NCBI GenBank assembly: GCA_015489365.1
Contig: WFZW01000189.1
Coordinates: 1-59,628, forward strand
From: Deltaproteobacteria bacterium
Lineage (GTDB): Bacteria; Desulfobacterota; Dissulfuribacteria; Dissulfuribacterales; QOAL01
DNA length: 59,628 nt
Direction: 5' to 3'
How positions within the stretch are numbered: the stretch's first letter is position 1; the number at the start of each line of letters is the position of its first letter. The translations under genes and the position numbers were made by a program. Under the pieces are notes generated by a model that had not been told where the DNA came from, did not search any database, and was given only the letters and a program-made list of their open reading frames with translations. Shown piece after piece: positions 1 through 8,210 of the stretch.

Positions 1-438
1 ATCCTTTAAATGGTCCTTCCCTGAAAACAGGCCGTGATACCCCTCCTTACAGGGCATTATACGTGCATAATGACCAGTGGCGAGATGGGTAAGGCCCAGC
101 CTCTCCATGAGTCCAAGGCCCATGGAGATCTTTATCCTGGGATTGCACATGACGCAGGGATTCGGTGTGATTCCAGAAAGGTATGACCTGTAAAAATATT
201 CTATTACTTCATTCCGGAATCTTTTGTGAAGGCTGAGTACATGAAATTCGATGCCCAGCTTGTCAGCGATTCTTTCTGCTGTCTCTAGGGCCCTTTTACC
301 AAGGCCATCGGGCAACATGTCCAGATAAACGCCGTGGACCTGCCATCCCTTGGATAACAGCAAATAGGCGGCCATGGCGCTGTCTACGCCACCGCTCAAT
401 TCGACCAGGGCCGAACAGGACTGCTTATTTGAAATCAT
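1..438 (-). CDS. mnmA: tRNA 2-thiouridine(34) synthase MnmA, N-terminal part (3' end lies beyond the left edge)
   Basis: The minus-strand frame is open from the window edge to the ATG at 436-438. My translation is MISNKQSCSALVELSGGVDSAMAAYLL..., with the PP-loop SGGxDS plus TPNPCVMCNPRIK and ATGHYAR motifs typical of MnmA. This ORF is not in the supplied track because it is edge-truncated. Confidence 0.85.
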   Translation of the reverse strand, partial: MISNKQSCSALVELSGGVDSAMAAYLLLSKGWQVHGVYLDMLPDGLGKRALETAERIADKLGIEFHVLSLHKRFRNEVIEYFYRSYLSGITPNPCVMCNPRIKISMGLGLMERLGLTHLATGHYARIMPCKEGYHGLFSGKDHLKD

Positions 439-441
439 GGA

Positions 442-885
442 TTAGGCCAAGACCTTGTCCTTTGCAAATCGTATCTCCATGGCCCTTACCGGGCATACCG
501 CCACACATAGTTCACATCCCTTACATTCAGAGGGCGCAAATTTGACTTCTCGGGATTCCTCATCGATATATAGGGCATTTGTAGGACACATGGCGGTGCA
601 GGCGCCACATTGTATGCATATTTCGTTGTTTCGTCTTATTTCTTGGGCAATGGACTTTATTGCAACCCCCCTTGATCGCAGGTACTTTAGGCCCTCCTGG
701 ACCTGTTTTTTATAACCTGAAATCTCAAGTACCATGAGGCCCTCTTGACCAGGGAAGATAGTTGCCTTTAATATATTGAAACACAGATCGTATTCCCTCG
801 ACAAGCTACAAACCAACGGCTGATCGGTTATTTCCGGTGGAAAACGAAGCACTAGCATCCTCTTGTACATGTTCAACGACTCCAA
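442..885 (-). CDS. NIL-domain protein with two [4Fe-4S] ferredoxin motifs
   Basis: 147 aa. The N-terminal ~75 aa resemble a NIL domain. The C-terminus carries CIQCGACTAMCP and CKGCELCVAVCP. The stop lies 3 nt before the mnmA ATG. Confidence 0.8.
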   Translation of the reverse strand: MESLNMYKRMLVLRFPPEITDQPLVCSLSREYDLCFNILKATIFPGQEGLMVLEISGYKKQVQEGLKYLRSRGVAIKSIAQEIRRNNEICIQCGACTAMCPTNALYIDEESREVKFAPSECKGCELCVAVCPVRAMEIRFAKDKVLA

Positions 886-1043
886 TCACCTGTGCCCTGA
901 TCTTGATCGGGGCAATTCCCTGCCAGGCAGGTAATATTGAAATATGTCTAAGGGCCGGGATGTAGCCAAATAATAGGCCACTGCCCAGCTAGATAGGATT
1001 TTTGCCTTGCTATCAATTCCCCACAGACTTGCTTATTATCAGG

Positions 1044-1122
1044 CCTCATGCGTTCATATCTCCGACTCTGCTAGCCGTGCCTGGGGGATGGCCGAGACGG
1101 TACAGGGCCGTATGAAAGAACT
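1044..1122. repeat. Intergenic repeat family, module-2 copy (imperfect palindromic pair)
   Basis: GGTACAGGGCCGTATGAAAG (1099-1118) matches GGTACGGGCCGCATGAAAG at 19184-19202. The left half, TCATGCGTTCATATCTCC, is a weaker inverted partner. Confidence 0.5.
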
Positions 1123-1298
1123 TGCGGTAAATTACACCATCGCATTTCTTGCCGGAAGTATTTTTTTTGAGATGACGGCCAGTTCAAGGCCCTTGGCGAG
1201 GAATGCATAAGGGTTTGTATCTATTTGTCCATCAGATGAGGCAAGAGGCACCACGATTGCACTACATGGTCAAAAAAATGCGGGTTGAATAACTGAGT

Positions 1299-1904
1299 AT
1301 GCTAAAATCTACGATCTCATTTCCACAAAGAGTGCATCCTGACCAGATAGCCTTTGATATCGATGGTGTGGTTGCAGATACCATGGGGGCCTTTATCAAG
1401 GTGGCAAATGCCGAGTTCGGGATAGATTATCTGGAAAAGGAACAAATTACCGACTACTGGCTGGAAAAATGCCTGCCAATACCCGAAGAGACCACATTGG
1501 CCATTATCGATCGTCTACTCAAAGATCCCTTTGGGGTAGGTCTCATGCCTATAAAGGGTGCAAGGCAGTGCCTTGAAAGGCTTGCCGTGCGCAGTAATTC
1601 CTTGACATTTGTCACCGCAAGACCTGTAAGGCAGCCCATCCTCGACTGGTTGCTATCCCTGTTGAAAGGAATCCCCGAGGATATGATCAACGTCATAGCA
1701 ACCGGCCAGCACACGGCCAAGCCAGAGGTCCTGAAGGAATTGGGGACAAAGATCTTTGTTGAAGATCATCTGGAGACATGCGAAGCCCTTTGCGACAATG
1801 GTATCGGGGCAGTAGTGTTCGATCAACCATGGAACCGGCAGAGAACGCCGTTTTTGAGGGTTTCATCATGGCAGGAGATTATGCAACTTATCAAATTACC
1901 ATAG
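1299..1904 (+). CDS. HAD-superfamily hydrolase, 5'(3')-nucleotidase (NT5C)-like
   Basis: 201 aa with the HAD motif I FDIDGVVADT, then FVTARP and a VFVEDH-type motif. Confidence 0.6.
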   Translation: MLKSTISFPQRVHPDQIAFDIDGVVADTMGAFIKVANAEFGIDYLEKEQITDYWLEKCLPIPEETTLAIIDRLLKDPFGVGLMPIKGARQCLERLAVRSNSLTFVTARPVRQPILDWLLSLLKGIPEDMINVIATGQHTAKPEVLKELGTKIFVEDHLETCEALCDNGIGAVVFDQPWNRQRTPFLRVSSWQEIMQLIKLP

Positions 1905-2011
1905 ACTTGTTGGTTAAGATATGTCCCTGTAAGGGGCCTGCTTTTTTACGTATGGATTTGCCTGCACGGGTAAGGGCTGTGTCGGGCTAAAGATGTTGAG
2001 GTACTGAAAAC

Positions 2012-3025
2012 ATGTATCTTGCCAAGATACAACAAAAAAATGGTGGCCAGAGATTTTTCTTGAGAATGTCATATCAGGATAAATCAGGAAACTGGCGTTA
2101 TAGGGATCTATTCGATCTGGGCCCTGATCCTGAAGACTATATCGTATATCTGGATGGACGTGCCTTCTATGTTTCATCGGTAATAGAGGAAGCGCTCGAG
2201 GAACAAGGCGTTGACTATGACTACGACGAACTTGAAGAAATCCTATGGCCCTTTCTAGACCCTGACATCCAAAGGGTCATAACAAACTTCGGTGGCCTTA
2301 AAGGCCGTGCTCACAAAATGCTCCCCAGACTATCAAGGGAGGAGCTCGCTGAAATTCAGCGTAATATTCACCCCTTCGACAGAAGGAGGCTCTACTATCT
2401 ACGGTTCGTGCAGATCAATATGGAGGGGGTAGTCGATCAGCCCTTGGCCTTCTTCAACCAGTTACTCTGTAAATCCAGGGACGAAATAGAACAGCTCTTT
2501 GAATTCATGGAGCTTGAGTTGAGGCCTTGGGAGATGAGAGGCTACCTCTATGCCATATTTGATCTGCCCAGGAGGTTCGCCCCGAGGTTTTCCAGGTTTA
2601 TACCGGATGTCCAGGATCAGGGACAAATGGACCTGTATTTCCTGGAAGAAATTTGCAGGCTAAATAGCGATCCTGATTTTATCGATGTAGGGGCCTCGAA
2701 ATTTTCTGGCAATGGTATCCATCCTTATCTTAGAAAGTATCTGGTGCAGTATTTTGATCATTTTTTCCGGGATGAACCGTCTAAAAAGAACAAGGAATGG
2801 CAGGAAGGCGGTGGGTGGTCTCCACCGGTCCGATCATCGGACAAGGAATATCTAGAGGCACTGGGACTTAGTGAGGATGAATTTCAGAGGATGGATGACA
2901 AGGAGTTGACCAGCCACTTCAGGAAAAGGGCCCAGGAGTTGCATCCCGACAAGGGTGGAAGCCATGAGGCATTCATTGCCCTGTATAATGCATACAAGAT
3001 AATGATTAGAAGGAAGTACTGGTAA
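2012..3025 (+). CDS. Hypothetical protein with C-terminal J (DnaJ) domain
   Basis: 337 aa. The last ~60 aa read LTSHFRKRAQELHPDKGGSHEAFIALYNAYKIM, which contains the HPD tripeptide. I do not recognise the N-terminal ~270 aa. A GAGG sits upstream of the ATG. Confidence 0.6.
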   Translation: MYLAKIQQKNGGQRFFLRMSYQDKSGNWRYRDLFDLGPDPEDYIVYLDGRAFYVSSVIEEALEEQGVDYDYDELEEILWPFLDPDIQRVITNFGGLKGRAHKMLPRLSREELAEIQRNIHPFDRRRLYYLRFVQINMEGVVDQPLAFFNQLLCKSRDEIEQLFEFMELELRPWEMRGYLYAIFDLPRRFAPRFSRFIPDVQDQGQMDLYFLEEICRLNSDPDFIDVGASKFSGNGIHPYLRKYLVQYFDHFFRDEPSKKNKEWQEGGGWSPPVRSSDKEYLEALGLSEDEFQRMDDKELTSHFRKRAQELHPDKGGSHEAFIALYNAYKIMIRRKYW

Positions 3026-3110
3026 TCACGGACAAGGAAATATGAGCGTAGGCCAGAATTGACAACGATGTTAAGTGAAATTAGAATTCTTTTTTCAGTG
3101 ACTTCAACCC

Positions 3111-3150
3111 AAACCTTCATGCAGCCCATATCCTTTGCGCCGCACAAGGG
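3111..3150 (+). repeat. Intergenic repeat family, module-2 copy
   Basis: CCTTCATGCAGCCCATATCCTTTGCGCCGCAC matches CCTTCATGCAGCCTGTATCCTTTGTGCCACTC at 10140-10171, about 28/33 identical by eye. Confidence 0.7.
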
Positions 3151-3161
3151 TTTGGATTCAA

Positions 3162-3392
3162 ATGGAGTGCCACTTGGACAGAGAAATTGACATTGACAGA
3201 TTTCGTTGCAAGGGATGCGGGGCATGTGCCGAGGTGTGTCCTGATGCCTTTCGTATGGATGAGGATGGACAAAAGGCAGAGATCATAGATTCTAATGAGG
3301 CACCGGATGAGGTTATACAGATGGCTGTTGCAATGTGTCCAACCCAGTGCATTGAACTCCGTAGTGTGAAGAGAGAAGGAGAAACGGAATAA
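3162..3392 (+). CDS. Small single-cluster [4Fe-4S]/[3Fe-4S] ferredoxin
   Basis: Motifs CKGCGACAEVCP ... CPTQC. I prefer the internal ATG at 3162 (MECHLDREIDID...) because the track start at 3135 lies inside an intergenic repeat copy. The stop TAA overlaps the next ATG (TAATG). Confidence 0.75.
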   Translation: MECHLDREIDIDRFRCKGCGACAEVCPDAFRMDEDGQKAEIIDSNEAPDEVIQMAVAMCPTQCIELRSVKREGETE

Positions 3393-4048
3393 TGCTCAAG
3401 GATGGAGAAAAGGGAGTAGTACTCCAAAGGGATAAACAGACGTATGCCATTGTACCACATATCCCCTTGGGGATAGTCACCCCTGGTTTGTTGACCAGGT
3501 TGTCTGAAATCGCTGACCGTTATCAGATAACGGCCATGAAGATCACCAGTGCCGACCGTATAGCCCTTGTGGGTGTCAAGGAGGAGGATGTAGATCAAAT
3601 ATGGTCTGACCTTGAAATGGACCCAGGGGCAGCGGTAGGGCCATGCATAAGGAGTATAAAGGTCTGCCCAGGTACGACCTTTTGCCGCCTTGGCAAGCAG
3701 GATTCCTTGGGACTAGGGGCGGAACTGGACAAACGGTATCATGGACTCAACCTACCAGCTAAATTCAAGATGGGGGTATCGGGTTGTGTGAACCAGTGCT
3801 CTGAAAATTGTATCAAGGACCTTGGATTCATCGGTAAATCCAATGGCTGGACGGTTACAGTAGGCGGAAACGGGGGACCCAGGCCAATGTTGGCAAGGAA
3901 ATTGACCTCTGGACTTTCCACCGAAGAGGCGCTTGCCCTTGCGGAAAAGGTCATCGATTTCTATGCAAAGAATGCCAAAAAGGCAGACAGGATGGGAAGG
4001 CTTATAGAACGGGTAGGCATGGAAGAATTTATGCGGGCAGTATTATGA
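3392..4048 (+). CDS. Small assimilatory-type sulfite/nitrite reductase (sirohaem-[4Fe-4S] domain, alSiR-like)
   Basis: 218 aa with the cluster/sirohaem Cys pattern CPGTTFC ... GCVNQCSENC. Size and layout match the low-molecular-weight sulfite reductases of sulfate reducers. Confidence 0.8.
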   Translation: MLKDGEKGVVLQRDKQTYAIVPHIPLGIVTPGLLTRLSEIADRYQITAMKITSADRIALVGVKEEDVDQIWSDLEMDPGAAVGPCIRSIKVCPGTTFCRLGKQDSLGLGAELDKRYHGLNLPAKFKMGVSGCVNQCSENCIKDLGFIGKSNGWTVTVGGNGGPRPMLARKLTSGLSTEEALALAEKVIDFYAKNAKKADRMGRLIERVGMEEFMRAVL

Positions 4049-4135
4049 TAGGGACCAGGCCACCTAAGGGCAGCTGGTTCGTTATCTACCCAGTCTCTGT
4101 GGGTCTACTGCCTTGAAGGCGATATGGAGGCCTGA

Positions 4136-4942
4136 ATGATGAAGAAACAGGCTCTACCCTTGGCCTTATTCAGATATCTGGGTAGATCTTTTATTTCCTT
4201 CGTAGGGGAGTTGGGGGCGATCGCCATCTTTTTTTTCTATGGATTCGTCAACATCTTTTCCTATCCATTTCAGCCTAGAAAGATCATGCAGCAGGTCTAC
4301 TTTATAGGGGCCAAGTCGATAATGATCGTTGCCCTGGTGGGCCTTTTTACTGGGATGGTCTTGGGACTGCAAGGATATTATACGCTGGTGAAATTTGGTT
4401 CAGAAGGCATGCTGGGGGCAGCAGTGGCGCTGTCCCTCCTTAGGGAACTCGGGCCGGTTCTCACTGCACTAATGGTCATAGGGCGGGCCGGTTCATCCAT
4501 GGCGGCCGAGATTGGTATAATGCGTATATCAGAGCAGATCGACGCCCTTGATACCATGGATATAGACCCAATCCGTTTCCTAATAAGTCCTAGGATTGGG
4601 GCCTCGATAATAAGTTTTCCGCTTCTTACATCGTTATTTGACGTTATAGGTATCCTGGGGGGGTATCTAACGGGTTGTCTGCTTCTAAGAATAAATTCCG
4701 GTATATATTTCAATCGCATATACGATAGCGTGGTCATGAAGGACGTAACCAGCGGCTACTGGAAGTCCCTGGCATTCGCAATAATCGTATCCACGATCTG
4801 CTCCTACCAGGGATACTTTACACACTTGAGGCCTGGTGGATTTGGGGCAAGGGGGGTTAGCCTTGCGACCACCTCTGCCGTGGTCATCTCGTGCGTGCTG
4901 GTCCTGGCAGCGGACTATGTTCTAACATCCTTGTTACTGTGA
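4136..4942 (+). CDS. mlaE: Mla/Ttg2 phospholipid ABC transporter permease
   Basis: 268 aa polytopic protein. It carries RELGPVLTALMVIGRAGSSMAAEIGIMRISEQIDAL, typical of the MlaE family. Confidence 0.9.
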   Translation: MMKKQALPLALFRYLGRSFISFVGELGAIAIFFFYGFVNIFSYPFQPRKIMQQVYFIGAKSIMIVALVGLFTGMVLGLQGYYTLVKFGSEGMLGAAVALSLLRELGPVLTALMVIGRAGSSMAAEIGIMRISEQIDALDTMDIDPIRFLISPRIGASIISFPLLTSLFDVIGILGGYLTGCLLLRINSGIYFNRIYDSVVMKDVTSGYWKSLAFAIIVSTICSYQGYFTHLRPGGFGARGVSLATTSAVVISCVLVLAADYVLTSLLL

Positions 4943-4949
4943 GGGCCCG

Positions 4950-6194
4950 GTGACCAGAAGTCCTTTTGTAGAGTTTAGAAACGTTGTCAAGCGTTTTGGG
5001 GAACGTACCATACTGGATGGCGTTGATCTTACCGTTTTCAAGGGTGAGATCACCACGATCATTGGTAAAAGCGGTGCAGGAAAAAGCGTGCTCCTGAAAC
5101 ATATAATCGGTCTCCTGAAACCAGATTCAGGGGAAATCCTATTCGAAGGTAGGCCGCTGAGATCGATGTCCAAGGCAGAGTGGAAGCAGCTAAAGCGCAA
5201 GGTCAGTTACATGTTTCAACAAAATGCGCTCTTTGATTCCATGAATGTCTTTGATAACGTGGCACTCCCCCTGAGGGAACGTACCCGGATGCCAGCGGAG
5301 GAAATCCGTAAGAAGGTCATGGCACGGATCGAACAGTTCGAGCTGTCTGAGGTCACTGACAAGTTTCCATCCCAGATTTCAGGTGGAATGCAAAAGAGGG
5401 TGGCACTGGCCAGGGCACTGGTTACAGATCCGAGCATCATCCTATTCGATGAGCCAACGACCGGCCTGGATCCTCTACGCAAGAATACGGTGCTCAGTAT
5501 GATAGCTCATCATCAGCGCGAGATAGGGTTTACCGCCGTAATGGTAAGCCATGACATTCCTGATGTGTTCCTCATATCGAATCGGGTTGCCATCATCGAA
5601 GATAAGCGCATCCCCTTTCAAGGTACCCCGGTAGAGCTGGAGCAGTCTGATGATCCCCTGGTCCAACAATTCATAAGGGGGCAAGAAAGTCTGGCAGACG
5701 AACTCACCGGGCTCCTTACCAGGCCTGATCTTGAACAAAAGATAAGGCAGGAGCTTACCAGGATAGGCAGGTTCCAGAAGACCTTTTCTGTTGTCCTTTT
5801 TGTAATAGATGATCTTGAACACATAAGGGAAAAGGTGGGCTTTATCGCAGCCCAAAGGATTGTCCAATGCCTCGGCAATCTTCTAAAGGGACATCTTGGC
5901 ACTACCGGTATGTCCGCAAGGTTCAGCCAAAACGAGATCCTTACGGTTCTGCCTCATACCGATCTTTCCAGGGCGCAGCACTTCCTGGAAGATCTTGCCG
6001 GCAGAATGAAGGATGCGGAAACGTTTCAAGCAAAGACATATCCCAGGATCTGCCTGGAATTTTATATTAAGGCCGGGATAGCCCAGGCAAATAGTGGGGC
6101 AAGCCTGGAATCCCTGATCGAACAGGCGAGGTCAAATCTAAGAACCATCGCTCACCTAGAGTGCACTACCGGAAGGCGGGTTAGCAAGTCATGA
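4950..6194 (+). CDS. mlaF: MlaF-type ABC ATPase fused to a C-terminal degenerate GGDEF domain
   Basis: Walker A GKSGAGKS, signature ISGGMQKR and Walker B IILFDEPT lie in aa 1-245. From aa 250 onward a GGDEF fold follows (DELTGLLTR ... FVIDDLEHI ... ARFSQNEILTVLP), with SQNEI in place of GGDEF. Confidence 0.85.
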   Translation: MTRSPFVEFRNVVKRFGERTILDGVDLTVFKGEITTIIGKSGAGKSVLLKHIIGLLKPDSGEILFEGRPLRSMSKAEWKQLKRKVSYMFQQNALFDSMNVFDNVALPLRERTRMPAEEIRKKVMARIEQFELSEVTDKFPSQISGGMQKRVALARALVTDPSIILFDEPTTGLDPLRKNTVLSMIAHHQREIGFTAVMVSHDIPDVFLISNRVAIIEDKRIPFQGTPVELEQSDDPLVQQFIRGQESLADELTGLLTRPDLEQKIRQELTRIGRFQKTFSVVLFVIDDLEHIREKVGFIAAQRIVQCLGNLLKGHLGTTGMSARFSQNEILTVLPHTDLSRAQHFLEDLAGRMKDAETFQAKTYPRICLEFYIKAGIAQANSGASLESLIEQARSNLRTIAHLECTTGRRVSKS

Positions 6195-6637
6195 AAAAAT
6201 ATACCATGGAAACGGCAGTAGGTGTGTTTGTCTTTATAGGCCTCTTATGTGTGGTCTATCTTACTGTCAAGTTGGGAAAGATGGAGATAATAGGTGGTAA
6301 CTTCTATGTCATATATGCCAAATTTGATAACGTAAGTGGACTTAAACCTGACAGTAGCGTCGAGATTGCAGGGGTGGAGATAGGCAGGGTTGGTGATATT
6401 AAGCTTGATGTCAATTCCGAGATGGCAGTGGTCTCCCTCAAGATAAAGAAGGATATTCCGGTCCAGGAAGATGCCATTGCATCGGTTAAGACCAGTGGTC
6501 TTATAGGCGATAAATACATATCAATTACCCCTGGTGGATCAGAAGAGCTCTTGAAACCAGGGGATACGATCACGGATACCGAGTCTACCCTAGATATAGA
6601 AGATCTTATAAGGCAATTCGTACATGGAAAGGTGTAG
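6191..6637 (+). CDS. mlaD: MlaD (MCE-domain) periplasmic component
   Basis: 148 aa with an N-terminal TM helix followed by an MCE-like domain. The ATGA overlaps the mlaF stop. Confidence 0.85.
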   Translation: MKKYTMETAVGVFVFIGLLCVVYLTVKLGKMEIIGGNFYVIYAKFDNVSGLKPDSSVEIAGVEIGRVGDIKLDVNSEMAVVSLKIKKDIPVQEDAIASVKTSGLIGDKYISITPGGSEELLKPGDTITDTESTLDIEDLIRQFVHGKV

Positions 6638-6641
6638 TTAT

Positions 6642-7355
6642 ATGGAAATCGCTACAAGAGATATATCTGGAGCCGGAAAGGTAAAAAACATACAGCAAAA
6701 GAGATACTGTCTACTGTGCGTGGTACTTTCCTTGTTTCTAATTACTACCCTTGTCTTAGTAGGCAACAGCTTCGGTGCCACTGGGTTTCCACAGGATGAT
6801 CCCTATAAGGTAGTTAAGGATGCCATAAATGAGATCATAGGCGTACTTCAGAACCCTGCATATAAGGGAGAGTGTAACAAAGAGAAGCGTCGCGCCAAGC
6901 TCCGCGAGTTGGTTTATCAGATATTCGATTTCCAGGAGACTTCAAAATGGGTACTGGGTAGGCATCGCAGGCAATTTACCCCGAAACAATTCAAGGAATT
7001 CAGTGATCTGTTTGCCAAATTGCTAGAGAAAACCTACATTAAAAAGGTAGAAAGCTATTCAGGGCAAAAGATCATCTTCGGCAGGGAGATAAAATTTTCA
7101 AGGAACAAGGTGGAGATACGCACGAAGGTCCTCTATAACGGACAAGAGGTACCTATCTATTACCGATTGATACGAAAACATGGTAAATGGGTAGGCTATG
7201 ACGTGGTTATAGATGGGGTTAGCCTGGTGAAGAATTACAGAAGTCAATTCAATGAATTGCTTAGAAAGAAATCGCCTGAAAAGGTGCTCGAAGAGATGCG
7301 AAACAAGATAAATCAGCCTGAAAAGGGGGATGGATCTTCCGCTGCTGGAGCATAA
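6642..7355 (+). CDS. mlaC: MlaC/Ttg2D-family periplasmic lipid-binding protein
   Basis: Signal-anchor-like LLCVVLSLFLITTLVLVGNSFGA followed by a toluene-tolerance Ttg2D-like domain. The start is uncertain (6624 or 6642). Confidence 0.75.
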   Translation: MEIATRDISGAGKVKNIQQKRYCLLCVVLSLFLITTLVLVGNSFGATGFPQDDPYKVVKDAINEIIGVLQNPAYKGECNKEKRRAKLRELVYQIFDFQETSKWVLGRHRRQFTPKQFKEFSDLFAKLLEKTYIKKVESYSGQKIIFGREIKFSRNKVEIRTKVLYNGQEVPIYYRLIRKHGKWVGYDVVIDGVSLVKNYRSQFNELLRKKSPEKVLEEMRNKINQPEKGDGSSAAGA

Positions 7356-7373
7356 GGGAATGAGGATAGTAAG

Positions 7374-8210
7374 ATGGCCAAATTAAAACCAACAAGAAAA
7401 ATCCCTTTTCTTACGGGCATGAGCGCTGGTTTAGGTTTGTCATTGTGCCTTTTATTCTCTTGGTGGCATGGAATCTCCATGGCTGCAGATAATGGCGGGA
7501 TTACCAAGAAGGTCGAAGTGATGGCATCGTCGAGTCCAGTTGCCAAGGATCAGGATTACGACGAGGAATATGATGAAGAATATGATTACGGTGACGAAGA
7601 GGAAAGCCTGATAAACGATCCCTTGGAAGGCTTTAACCGGGTTATGTTTACCTTCAATGACCGGTTATACTTCCATGTACTCAAACCGGTGGCAAGGGGC
7701 TACCGGTTCGTGACCCCCAAAAAGATACGTATGGGCATCAGGAATTTTTTCTATAATATTATTTACCCGGTACGTTTCGTAAACGATCTGCTCCAGGGAA
7801 AATTCAAGAGGGCTGGCAAGGAAACCTGCCGTTTCATCGTCAATACGAGTGTGGGTTTTTTGGGTTTCATGACCCCTTCCAAGGATTATGCATGGCTGAA
7901 TCCACCGCCTGAGGATACAGGCCAAACCTTTGCAACCTGGGGCATTGGTAACGGGTTCTATATCGTATGGCCCCTTCTTGGACCTTCTACTGTACGGGAT
8001 TCCTTTGGTTTCCTTGGAGATTATGTTCTTGAACCTGACTCATACCTACAACCCTTGAGCCTTTCCTTTGGGATCAGGGGATTTGAAATAATAAACAAGA
8101 CATCCCTTACACTCGGGGAATATGAGACCCTCAAGGAATCGTCCTTCGATCCCTACATCGCCGTTAGAAATGCCTACATACAAAACAGAAGGCAGGCGAT
8201 CAAGGAATAG
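7374..8210 (+). CDS. mlaA: MlaA/VacJ-family outer-membrane lipoprotein
   Basis: 278 aa with NDPLEGFNRVMFTFND and a VNDLLQGK-type MlaA core. An acidic DYDEEYDEEYDYGDEEE tract precedes the core. Confidence 0.85.
   Translation: MAKLKPTRKIPFLTGMSAGLGLSLCLLFSWWHGISMAADNGGITKKVEVMASSSPVAKDQDYDEEYDEEYDYGDEEESLINDPLEGFNRVMFTFNDRLYFHVLKPVARGYRFVTPKKIRMGIRNFFYNIIYPVRFVNDLLQGKFKRAGKETCRFIVNTSVGFLGFMTPSKDYAWLNPPPEDTGQTFATWGIGNGFYIVWPLLGPSTVRDSFGFLGDYVLEPDSYLQPLSLSFGIRGFEIINKTSLTLGEYETLKESSFDPYIAVRNAYIQNRRQAIKE

Noticed and set aside
2012-2130. The N-terminus of the J-domain protein (MYLAKIQQKNGGQRFFLRMSYQD...) superficially resembles the N-termini of some IS-family transposases
   Set aside because: No DDE or other catalytic region follows, there are no terminal inverted repeats, and the ORF ends in a J domain. 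This is not a mobile element.
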